A stretch of 64,000 nucleotides of DNA. It comes from Octopus vulgaris. Lineage: Eukaryota. The notes under the pieces were generated by a model. It saw only the letters and a program-made list of their open reading frames with translations. It was not told the DNA's origin and did no database searches. The stretch is taken from positions 95,914,001 through 95,978,000 of the forward strand of contig OX597819.1 in NCBI GenBank assembly GCA_951406725.2, read 5' to 3'. A program made the translations under genes and the position numbers. Of this stretch, positions 43,356-54,972 are shown piece after piece. The first letter of the stretch is position 1. Each line of letters opens with the position of its first letter.

Positions 43356-44919
43356 TGAAAAATCTACTCCAAATTGTTTGACCTGTACAAGCAATGACTA
43401 AATCTATCTGATTATATTAGCAATATATATATATATATATATATAATGGTGAAAAATATACTAATAAATTGGTGCATTGTACTAAAGTTCCTAGTGGTAT
43501 TTATTGTTGCACAGACATTGCTTTGTCACTGAAGTCAGTCAATGAATGGTTTTAGGAATCTTTCAGCCAATGACCCCTAATAAATCAGCTGGGTACTAAG
43601 ATAGTCTTGCTTTATTTTTACATGGCTACAGAGCAACTTTTCAAAGATAGTTTTTGTTACCAAAGTAACACTAATTCAAATATTCATTTTCCTTTGGTAT
43701 TAAATGGGATGACTATTAGATGAAATCATTGTATCTGCATTGTTTCCATCTGTGGATATTAAATACAATATTTCTTTGTTTGCATGAACCAACAATAGAG
43801 TGACCACATGCTAAAGTAGCAGCCATATCTCACTCAAATCACAGTTGTGTTAAAATAAGATGAGATGCTGGTGGTTGGAACATTTGATCAGAACAGGTGC
43901 TGGCCTAGGCCTTAACAACAACATATCAACATATCAATCATTTTTGTTTTTTTCCTCTAAATGAAATGGGTCTTCCATTAATCTCTTCACATTGCATTTT
44001 GTTTTTGTTGACTTGAAATTTAGTTAAAGTCAGTTAAAGTAGTTCACAAATGAATAAATCAGGATTATTAAAGTTGTTTTAACCCCAGGTCTACCCTGAT
44101 CAAACTGACTTGTAAACAAAAGCATTCCAGTTGTAATTTTCTTAAAATGTTAGAGGAAAATTTGGCTTCTATGTCGAGCAGGTTGAAAAACGCCTAGAGT
44201 TTTCCCTTTGTAGTTTTTTATCGAACTCGTAACTTAGTCCATTTCATCATATTTGTTAACTTCATGTGTCTTTTGCCCTAAATGGGCCACATCGTTTTTA
44301 GGGTTTAGTGCCAGTTGTGGCAGCTGTAGGGCCCATAACTACTTGAGAGAGATGTGGGTAGAGTGAGGTAGGTGTGGGCAGAGAGTAAGAGTGAGGGGGT
44401 GTTAAATATGTAAGTGAGGTGTAGGTAAAAACCCTTTCCCCCAAGTGTTGCGAAGAGACTTGGATGCTGCATGTATTATTTGAATGACTGAATTGTTTGA
44501 AATCAGCATATATGTAGCCCTGCTTTTGGAGATGCTGTTAAAATGGTTCATTGAGAGCAGAGATGATTATTATCAATGGATTCAAATAAAAATTTTGAAG
44601 CTACTTTGTAGACAGAAACATGTTAAAATCTTATGAAGTTAATTTTGTAATGTCAGAGGCTATAATGAAGCAAACCTTGACAATCATGTCTATTATGAGA
44701 AATGTAAATGATCTATTATCATTTAACCCCTACTTGATGCTGTCAATCGATGATCAAAGGAATTCCAGTCATCACCACATCATTTTGGTCCATATAGGAT
44801 TACATTATCTAACGTTATTAGAAGGAAATGTGACTGCTATTTCTTACATACCTGTTGACCACATAGAGGGTTCCCTTTCGGCTGCCATAAATTAGATCAA
44901 GGATGTATATAACAATATA

Positions 44920-45320
44920 GTCTATATGGCAGTTTGATCATTGAATGGTATATATACAGCATAGTCAACGAGTAGTGTATATAACATGGCCATTGAAGAG
45001 TGTATCTAACACCATGGTGTATATATCATACCAGGGCCATTGAATGAGGAATACAACTTGGCCATTGAATGGGGTGTATACAACAACAGGCCTATTGAAT
45101 GGTGTATCTAACATTATGACCATTGAGTGGTGTGTGCACACAACATGATTATTGAGGGTTGTATATAACATGGTCACTGAATGGTATGTATATAGTAACA
45201 TGGCCATTAAGACGTGTATACAACAATAGGGTCATTGAATGGTGTGTATAAAATATAGCTATTGAATGGTGTTTGTACAACATTGCTATTGAGTGGTGTG
45301 TATACAACAGCATGGTCACT
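44920..45320. repeat. Degenerate ~28-31-bp minisatellite (ggccattgaatggtgtatatacaacat)
   Basis: About a dozen recurring c/tattga.tgg.gt motifs. Confidence 0.8.
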
Positions 45321-45814
45321 GTCTTCAGTGTTCAAATATTTTAAATGACTATAAAGCTGATCTATGATCATAAATCAATGTTGTAACTTTATAAAATAAA
45401 ACTGATTTTTTGATGGATTCTTAAAATATCCCATTTAGAAGATTATTGTATTGTTGGAATGAATTTTTGTTCTATTATCTCTGAAATAAGGCCACTGATC
45501 ATTGCTTATGAAGGAGGTGGCTAGGATGATGTTCCAATATGTGTGAAGTTATATAGAATGTATTGTGGAATGCAAAGACAGAGGTGTTGTACATGGTAGC
45601 AGTCATATATGTGATGGGTTTTAGTAGGTAAAAATGCAATGGAAAGAATTAGTTAAATGAACTTTAATGGAAATAGGTTGATGTCTGGGTTTTAGTAGTA
45701 AAAAATTGTGTGCACCACAATAATTAAGTTAAGGAATACTCTGTAGACTTCATATTGTGTATATTTAGTGATAATGTCACTTTGATGGAGTATAATCAAA
45801 GATGTAATACTAGA

Positions 45815-46040
45815 TGATATTAATGAAATTATTGTATACAGTGCTCAGCTGCACCACAACTTGTCAAAAGTGTGTATAAAGCATATGCAGTAATGTACAA
45901 ATGTCTGGAAAGTTAATAGTGTATGAGTCAGATACATGCTAGTGTGTGTATGGAGGGGAGAAAATCAGGTGTAGTGTTAGCGAATCTCAGGAAGCATGGA
46001 AGTTTTGAAGGATGCAGTGCTCCGACAACTAACAACTGAT
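45815..46040 (-). mobile_element. CR1-like LINE 3' end
   Basis: Reverse strand SVVSCRSTASFKTSMLPEIR* (CR1-type C-terminus xVVxxxSxxSFK) plus 3' UTR ending in an ATT-rich tail. Confidence 0.5.
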
Positions 46041-46834
46041 ATCTAAGGACAAAGCTGATTGGCCTTCAACTTACAAAAATCCCCATCAACTCCTCACTAC
46101 GAGCTTATGAAACAGTTAAGCATTTTATTGTATTGAGTCCTTCCTACTCCGTGCTGCTTATCTAAACTTGGACTGTTAGATACAGGATTTTTGGATGTCA
46201 AATTGATGGAGCTAAAAAAAGTGTACATTTTTGGAAATGTTAGACTGGAAAATAGGATGCTATTAAGAGGCATGAAAATGTGTCTATTCTAGGGTATCAG
46301 ACATGACCTAATTGTGTGATCAAGCAAATGTATATAGAAAGAAAGAGGCTGAATAGTTTGCTTAGGATAAGAGTATACCTTAATCATCATTGTTTTGGAG
46401 TAACTGCCAGGAATATTGGCTTTGGTTCAATAAATAATTTATTTAGGAATGATAAAATTTCTTGTGAGTGATGCAGCTTAATTGAACCATATTTTTCATT
46501 GTTAGTAATTTTTCCTAATATATATATGTATTGTATAAATATCTGGAAATGTTAAAAATACATCCTCACATGTGATAGAAATAAAGTAGTCACCCTGCAG
46601 TAGTTAATCCACTATTTTGATACGATAGATAACATTGCATTTAATGATACAATCCAAATGGCTAGCATATGGTTTACTGTTACAAATGTACTGAACACTG
46701 CTATAATAATGAGTTCACCTTTACTTTTACTAGGGGTAATAAAATAAAGTAGCAACCACATACCGAAGTTGATATAAATCAACTACATTGAATCCTCAGT
46801 TTTTTGGCCCTGTCTCCGTTTTTGATAATTTAAT

Positions 46835-47127
46835 TTTTACTTGTTTCAGTCACTGGACTGTGACCGTGCTGGGGGGTTGGCTGAACAAATCGACCCTAGC
46901 ATTTATTAATTTGTCTCTTTTGCTGAATCGCTAAGTGACGGGTACATAAACACACCAACACACACGACGGGCTTCCTACAGTTTCTGTCTACCAAACCCA
47001 CTCACCCACAAAGTTTTGGCTCAGGGCTATAGGACGAGATACTTGCCCAAGATGCCACGCAGTGGGATTCAAACTGGAACCATGTGATTGGGAAGCAAAT
47101 ATCTTACCGCATTGCCACGCCTGCGCC
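46835..47127 (-). mobile_element. tRNA-derived SINE family A, diverged copy
   Basis: Similarity to 40936-41326. Confidence 0.8.
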
Positions 47128-47799
47128 GTTTATATATAAATGTTTTTTTTTAGAATACTTAATATAGAATTTTGTTGTTTTATGTCGTAAGTTATGGAAT
47201 ATAATGAATTAAATTTAAAAAAAATATTTTCTGGAACTAATAATGTTGATTTTGGAAAATATCAACAAGAAAAATGAATTGCTTTGGTATTTAAAATTCC
47301 TTATTTTCTGTAAGAATCAGATGAAAGTTATAAATTATCTCCCTTAGCAGTTCTTAGTTATCACCCTTACAAACGATTCTAATTTTTCCAACTATGCGGG
47401 AAACATGCAGGTTGTGACACAACATACATGGTCAAATCTATGTGGTTGAGCAGCTAATTCTGCACCCAGTTGTAGTGATGCAGGAGCTATGTAAGGCAGC
47501 TTCTTCGTGAGTGAAAATGATATTGTGTACTAGTAACGTTCTTCTGAGAATGTGATTAGTTTTCTGATAAGTTGTTTCATGACTGCTGATATGTGAAGTC
47601 AGAGAGGTAAGCCTGTAAATTTTAGTGCTTACTCTACTCCCCACCTTATGAACAGGGGATGTTATGCCTCCGTTAACTTTTATGGACATTTCCAATTTAC
47701 CAAGAAACTTTCAAATAGTATCTGGAGTGGCTTAACAAGAACTTGTTTACATGCAAGTTTTCGAGCCCTATTGCTGAGTTCATTTCATCTATTGTCAAT

Positions 47800-47965
47800 T
47801 TCGGGGAATGAGTCGATTGCACCCACCCTAGTGTTCAACTGGTACTTATTCTATCAACCTCGAAGGGATGAAAGGCAAAGTTGGCCTTAGCGGAATTTGA
47901 ACTCAGAACATAGACGAAATGCCACTAAGCAATTTGCCCGGCGCGCTAACGATTCTGCCAGCTCT
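47800..47965 (-). mobile_element. tRNA-derived SINE family B
   Basis: ctggtacttatt...ggatgaaaggcaaag...ggaatttgaactcagaac...gattctgccagctc. Confidence 0.8.
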
Positions 47966-48729
47966 ATTGTCAATATTCCATCTACTTTTATGCCAATGTA
48001 ATTGATGGTTGCTGCTTCTTTATATAGATCTATGGTGTGAAAGAACTCGTTTGGTTTGTTCACCTGCATTTGTCCTAGTGGGGGTGGGTGTAAAAATAAT
48101 GTAGAACTGCTCATTCAGTAATTTGGTTATTCTTTTGGGGTCTGTTGTCTCTTTAGAATGATGGACTCACTTTGTTTTAGGTTGTCCTGTGGATGATTCT
48201 CAAGCGAATTTGTAGAAAACTTTAGGGCTTGCTTTTGTATTCCTAGTAAGAGCTTTCTTTATATTTCTTCTCTCCCTTTCATGAGAGTATTTAAATTTGT
48301 TCTCTATTTTTAAGTGTCCTTATTAGTCAGGATAGTTGGTTTTCTGTTAATTGACTGCTTAAGTGATTTGAAAATGTTTTATTCCTACGTCTCATAACAA
48401 CTCTCACTCGTTCACTTACTCACTCTCTCTTTCTCGTGCGTATGTGCGTGTGTACTAAAAGAAGAAAATGCTTTCACAATTTTATTATGAGTAAAAGAAA
48501 GTATTTACGTTTTTATCAAAATGCCACACACACACACATACTCACACACGCGCGGATGGACGGGTTCTTGCATTAGAAAAGTTCAGTGAGTGCGATGTTG
48601 TTTCTCTAGAAATCAGCAAAGCCATAGACTATGTCTGGCAGGTAAATCTAACAAGGGTACCTTCTTATGGGCTCCACACACTTCTATTCACCTCATAGCT
48701 TCCTTTATGATTGGCCCATCATGGTTACG

Positions 48730-48860
48730 AAGGGCATCCAGCTGTAGAAACTTTGCCAGATCAGATTGAACCTGGTGCAGCCTCTGGCTCACCAGTCCTC
48801 AGTCAAACCGTCTAACTCATGCCAGCATGGAAAGCGGACTTAAAACGATGATGATGATGT
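48730..48860 (+). mobile_element. SINE or LINE-tail repeat, same family as 12621-12757
   Basis: aagggcatccagctgtagaaac...catgccagcatggaaagcggac...(gat)n. Confidence 0.8.
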
Positions 48861-48949
48861 TTATAACATTAAACGTGTCTCTGCAGTGCGTAGTAGGAAA
48901 TACATGGAAGTTAGACCAGCTAAAACCATAAAAGAAGTTGTGTACAAGT

Positions 48950-49250
48950 GGTGTGTTCAACAGAAGTTAAATCTGTATATGAAACAAACGGGACTAAAAA
49001 AACTATTATGGTAAATGATAGCTTGTTGTAGCATTTTAGAAAAAGCTTGGCAATGTGAATAAGAAAACGTGGTGAATCATTAAATGTAGATACTTCCTTA
49101 ATTGAGCCATTATAAAAATTTATCATATGGGCTTATTTGATCTTATTTTACAATGTTGATGAAACTGGTTTGTTCTATTGTTCCCGAAAATATCTACAAA
49201 GATGAATATAACACTCCTGACAGCAAGTTAAATAAGGAAATCTCTATCTT
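48950..49250 (+). mobile_element. pogo/Tigger-like transposase relic
   Basis: LIYNVDETGLFY at about 49143-49178 (pogo IxNxDETGL motif) and upstream GESLNVD. Confidence 0.55.
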
Positions 49251-50619
49251 TTCCTTAATGGCATGTCAATTTTGAAGAATTCTTGAGAATGTCTCCTTTC
49301 CCTTCGTGGGGCTGGTTTTAATTGTAATTCGGTAACAACACATCGTCTAGAAGCGGAGATTTTCTTTTTTAAATAAATCAAAAATTTATACTAGTGTTCA
49401 AATATGTGACTAGTCACTCAGAGTTATTTCTCTTAATTCATTTTTGTCTTCAGGGGAACGAGCAGATTATGTCAAGGGGAACAACTCTGCTTTTGCTTAA
49501 GTTCTCAAGTTTAAACGACCGCTGGCGATAGTGGTTACCGAAGTGAAACGTCTGCATGTAATAACTACAAGGTACTGTCTTTGGTTCGTTTTGTTTCTCA
49601 TTAGATCGGATACAGATAAAAACAAACTACCAGCTATACATAACAGTTATTTCAACACCTTTTAAGTAAAGACCTCTTTGTTCCAAAAAGACATATTTCA
49701 AGTAACAATTTGCGTTTGGGTTTTGTAGTATTACAAAAAAACAGTGAAACGTTTCATCTTATGTTAAAGAAAGAACTCCAAACCACAGATTTCAGTTGTG
49801 GCTTGGATGTAACTAAGTTCACAGTTGTTTGTTTTTCCTCCACCTTTAACAGACAGTAAATTCATATGTGACTTGGCTGTAACGGTCTCCACAGATTTTT
49901 TGTTTCCCCAACATTCACAGACCGTGATCCATTGTACTGCATATGACATGTCAACATTTCATCCACTCAGAAAACCTTCCTCCTTCACCTACCACTCTCA
50001 AGGCTTCTAAGAGTAGTAGGTGACGGAGGAAAGTATCCTCAAACCAGGAACCGTGACTAAATGCTTGCAACCAAGTGAGGTCTGCTAAAAGCATCCACAG
50101 TGCCAAGTGGTAGTGTTAAACTGAGCAATAGGTTAAGTCAACCATCCACGTAGACCATGGTAGAATTTGAACCCAAACGCAAAGTGTTGAAACAATCACT
50201 ATATGACATCTGGTTTGACGTTCTTACACTTGTCAATCCACTGCCTTCAATTGGTACAGCTTTTTTTATTGACTCAGAAGGAATAGAAAGCAAAACTGAA
50301 GTTGGTGGGATTTGAACTCAAGAGTACAGAGAGCTGAAATAGTGTGAAGTATTCCATCTGATGTCCTAACGACTCTTCTAATTCATTAATTTATCATCTT
50401 ATCCATGAAATCTAACCTTGCTACTAATTTCTATATATTTCTCTAGTGCAGTTTACATTTGCACCTAATGAAAAGTAGGTTTTCCACCTCTTATACATAT
50501 TACTTCTTATGGCAATACCTACATGGTTATCTCTCTTGCACATTACAACTACTATTACTAGTTGTGTCTTTAACACCAAGCTCAAAACTCCACTTGTGAT
50601 TCACCATTCATGTAGGTTA

Positions 50620-50810
50620 ATATTGGTTTCAAATTTTGGCACAAGGCCAGCACTTTCGGGGGGTGGGGTAGTAGGTCGATTACATCGACTCCGAAAGGAC
50701 AAAAGGCAAAGTCAACCCTGGCCGAATACAAACTCAAAACGTAGACAGATGAGAGGCTGCTAAGCATTTTGCCCAGCATACTAACCATTCTGCCAGTTTG
50801 CTGCCTTCAT
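50620..50810 (-). mobile_element. tRNA-derived SINE family B
   Basis: Reverse-complement similarity to 24018-24225. Confidence 0.75.
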
Positions 50811-52469
50811 GTTGGTTAATATTACACAGCTATCATATTTCGTTTCTCACCAGATCTTCTTACATTTAATGTAACTTGTCTCTCTACCATATAGTATCAC
50901 AAATTCTACACATGCTTTATAGACTGTCCTTTAGAGAAATTCCTTTCTAAACTACTAAACAGTTTCCATACTAATAAGATTACCTAATAGCAGACACTAC
51001 CAGTTATATCTAGTGAGCCACTGTCGCTTCATTTTATGGACACTCTTACAATTAAATCTGTTTGTCTCATTTGAACTCCTAGATCTCAATCAGTCTGTCA
51101 GAAATTCTACCACATTTTTAATGTACACAATCCACAACATCCCAGATGCCACTGGGATATTAAGGCCATTGTTATTAATAGTTACTTTGTTCTTTGTTAT
51201 GTTCATCTTTGAATTCTGGATCATTCTTGCAAGTTTCGAACTGTTTCTGTGATGATATTCCTTACGTGAGGGAGAGCCAATCCTGAAATTAATTAAAAAA
51301 TTACGAAGAACAGACAAAGCTGAGGACAAAATCTGTTATCATATTGCAAAACAGTAAATTCTTTACTAAAATTTACTGCCAAGTGTGTGACTTAATTCTA
51401 TAAATATTTTGAAGAATTCACAGAACTTTAGAGCAATGGAAGCTGTGTGAAGGCATCTCTTGATGAACAATTATAAATTAGAGTGATTTCTTTTTTTTCT
51501 TAGTTAAGAAATTCTCTTGCAGTTGTTTAACTACAAATATGGCATTTTTTCTTCAACATTGTATGCCAATGACTAACATATGTAGTTAATAGTTTGTGAA
51601 AATTTTCAAGATTTGCTTAATCAATTTAAGAGTTTCACTGTCCCCCACCTCCTGTACCTACATTGTTATTGTCCTTGTCTCATTTTAAAATGATATTGCT
51701 ATGTGTTTGCCTCACTGACTGAATGACAAATTGACATCATCCTTGATAGATATTTCAACCTTAATTTCTGTATTATTTCTGTTACGTTTGCTTACTTTGT
51801 GGAACCATGTGCATGCATGTTATGTGTGTGTGTCTGTGGTGAATATGGTGTGTTTGGCATGTCTGTATAGATGTTTGTATACCACACAACAAAACTTACT
51901 CAATACTATGTGGTATGCTTTGCCATTCAGGTGATTATATGCTGTCTTATCAAAATGTAGAACTTTCTATCTTCACTTCCAGAATGAGTTCACTTTATAC
52001 TTTTTTCTCTATGTACCAACTGATGTTAGAATCTTAAACAGTGATCCTACAACAGAACCATAACTATTGTAGGAGCACAATGTGATAAACCATGGGGTGG
52101 GTATAACTGATTAAATCAACCCCAGTACTTGACTGGTAACTTATTTCATTGATACTAGGAGTATTTGAACTCAGAAAAGAAAAAGACATTTAATTATGGC
52201 ATGTCATTTTGTCAGCACTCCACTGATTCTAACAACAGCAGCAGCAAAAATATTGTTCGTAATTTAGGCCAAAAACTAATTGAGAGGAGGGAGTTAGTTG
52301 ATACCACTGACCACATTCTGCCAGCAAGCTGCCTTAAATTATAATAATAATTTCTGAAATTTTGGGGAAGGATCAAGTCAATTACATCTACCCTAGTGCT
52401 CAAATGCTACTAATTTCATTAACCTCAAAAGGATGAAAAGCAAAGTTGATCTACATGGAAGAATAATAA

Positions 52470-52690
52470 TAATCCTTTCTAAAATAGGCACAAGGCCTGA
52501 AATTTTGAGGGTAGGGGACAGTCAATTACATTGACTCCAGTACTTGGCTGGTACTTATTTTATTGACCCCGAAAGGATGAAAGGCAAAATTAACCATGGT
52601 GAAATTTGAACTCAGACTGTAAAGATGGCTGAAAAGTTACTAAGAATTTTGCCTGGTGTGCTAATGATTTTGTCAGTTCACCACCTGAAT
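52470..52690 (-). mobile_element. tRNA-derived SINE family B; further copies near 52090-52230, 52340-52460, 53680-53860, 53900-54100 and 60400-60570
   Basis: Shared core ctggtacttattttattgacccc..aggatgaaaggcaaa...tttgaactcag. Confidence 0.75.
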
Positions 52691-52699
52691 AAAAAAAAA

Positions 52700-52900
52700 A
52701 GTATAGGTGCATTGGGAACTGTCCCTAAAGATCTGAACAGACAGATAGAGGAAATAGGCATAAAACCCAGTTTAGTACAGTTGCAGAAGCTAGGATACTT
52801 AGGAGGGTTCTTGGCATCTAAGGTGACTTGTTGTAGCCCGATGTTAGGATTCTTTTCTTTTCCAACAATGTAATCTGTTGAGTGTATAATAGTAATAATG
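52700..52900 (+). mobile_element. R4/Dong-like (RLE) non-LTR element 3' fragment
   Basis: IGALGTVPKDL...LVQLQK..RILRRVLGI* followed by a 3' UTR and TAA-rich tail. Confidence 0.65.
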
Positions 52901-52954
52901 ACAACAATTGGTCTGTAATTGTCAGCATTGTGAAAGAAGAAAAAAATAAACAAT

Positions 52955-53118
52955 AGGCGCAGGAGTGGCTGTGTGGTAAGTAGCTTGCTAACCAACCACA
53001 TGGTTCCGGGTTCAGTCCCACTGCGTGGCATCTTGGGCAAGTGTCTTCTGCTATAGCTCCGGGCCGACCAATGCCTTGTGAGTGGATTTGGTAGACGGAA
53101 ACTGAAAGAAGCCTGTCG

Positions 53119-53168
<50 letters not shown>

Positions 53169-53364
53169 CATGTGTTTGTCCCCCTAGCATTACTTGACAA
53201 CCGATGCTGGTGTGTTTACGTCTCCGTCACTTAGCAGTTCGGCAAAAGAGACTAACAGAATAAGTACTGGGCTTACAAAGAATAAGTCCTGGGGGCGATT
53301 TGCTTGACTAAAGGCGGTGCTCCAGCATGGCCGCAGTCAAATGACTGAAACAAGTAAAAGAATA
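52955..53364 (+). mobile_element. tRNA-derived SINE family A, full length
   Basis: A-box gtggctgtgtggt, B-box ggttcagtccc, internal (TA)n(TG)n, tail gactgaaacaagtaaaagaata. Confidence 0.9.
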
Positions 53365-53675
53365 GAAAACTATGATGATTTAAAGTGGGAAATACGAAGG
53401 TTGTGGTCAATGAAGAGAGTAGCCGTGGTACCAATAGTAATTGGCACACTTGGAAGTATCAGCACTCAGTTACCAACATGGCTGAAAAAAATTGGTGCAA
53501 GTGTGAAGGTAGAACACCTACAAAAATCAGCATTTCTTGGAACTGCAAGAATTCTTCGCAGGGTTCTTGAAGCATGACCAGTAAACAAGTGTCACCTTAG
53601 TCTGCTGGCTGTGGACAGCTGACACTTACCACCATGCCCAGAAAAATAAGCTGTGAGTTTTCATATAATAATAAT
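53362..53675 (+). mobile_element. R4/Dong-like (RLE) non-LTR element 3' fragment
   Basis: YDDLKWEIRRLW..VAVVPIVIGTLG...LQKSAFLGTARILRRVL*, a typical RLE C-terminus; ends in (TAA)n. Confidence 0.8.
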
Positions 53676-53857
53676 TCTTTTTTCTATAGGTACAAGGCCT
53701 GAAATTTTTGGGGAAGGGGTACATCGACTCCAGTATTTAACTGGTACTTATTTTATTGACCCTGGAAGAAGTCGACCTCAGTGGAATTTGAACTCAGAAT
53801 GTAAAGTCCGCTAAGCATTTTGCCTGACATGCTAACAATTCTGCAAGTTTGCCACCC

Positions 53858-53896
<39 letters not shown>

Positions 53897-54972
53897 GTTT
53901 CAAATGTTAGCACAAACCTAGTAGTTTTGAGGGAAAGGAGAGTAGTTGATGCCATTGATCCCAGTATCTGATTGGTACTTTATTTTATTAATCCTGACAG
54001 GATGAAAGGCAAACATGGCTTCAGTAGAATTTGAACTGAGAATGTAAAGCGCTGGAACAAAGCTCTTTTTCTTCTGCTCTAATGATTCTGCCAACTCATC
54101 ACGTTAGCTATAATAATATAAATAATAATTTACATGTCTAAAAAGAAAAGAATGCACCTGAAAATGCTGATGTCTTTTGCTCTAAGAAAAATATTTCTCT
54201 TATTTGTTTGGTTCAAAATTATATTCATTTCCCTTCAACATTTTGCTAAAATAACTTCTTAAAGCTAATCAGCAAAACATTATTGAAAACTGAAAAGACT
54301 GTCGTGATTTAATGATTCAGGGTAAATCTGGTTTATTTCCCTTCAGAAAGAATTATGGTGACTTTATGTTGAGACAACTAGCATTTCCCTCATGATAAAA
54401 AAAAAAAGAAAGAAAACTTATAGTAAACAGTTGAGGAAAATGCAGCTGGTGGAATGGATGGGAGAGAAAAATCATAAAAAAAAAAGGAGTAAAGAGAGAC
54501 TGGGAGCAGAGAGAAAAGGAAGGAGGAGGAAGATCAGCAACAAGGTACCTTTAGAACAGATACAATACTAAAAATATGAGAAGGAATTCATTATATTCCT
54601 GTTCAGTAAACTCCACATCTAACCATAATCTTTGTACAAATTCACAATGTGATGTAAGGTGAGATTTACACAATCACTCTGGCAGTAGTTGAAAATCAAT
54701 TCTAGCAGAATTCTTTTGGGGGGGAAAAAGTATAAACAAAAACAAACAAATCATTAATTATGATTATTAACATCATCATCTTCATAATCATCACAATTTG
54801 GTTACAAATGTCTTTCCATCACTTGATGTTAGAATTGTGTTATTTAACCAGTATTGGCAAAACAATGTGCCAATTCACTGTTAATTCCTGTCATACCTTC
54901 ACAGTGACAAAGGTATAAAAAAATAAAAAAACAAAAACAAAACAAAAATTCTCTTTAAAGAATTAGAACTTT

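Noticed and set aside
52955-53030. tRNA-like sequence with A and B boxes
   Set aside because: Head of a multi-copy SINE, with no proper acceptor stem or tRNA 3' end
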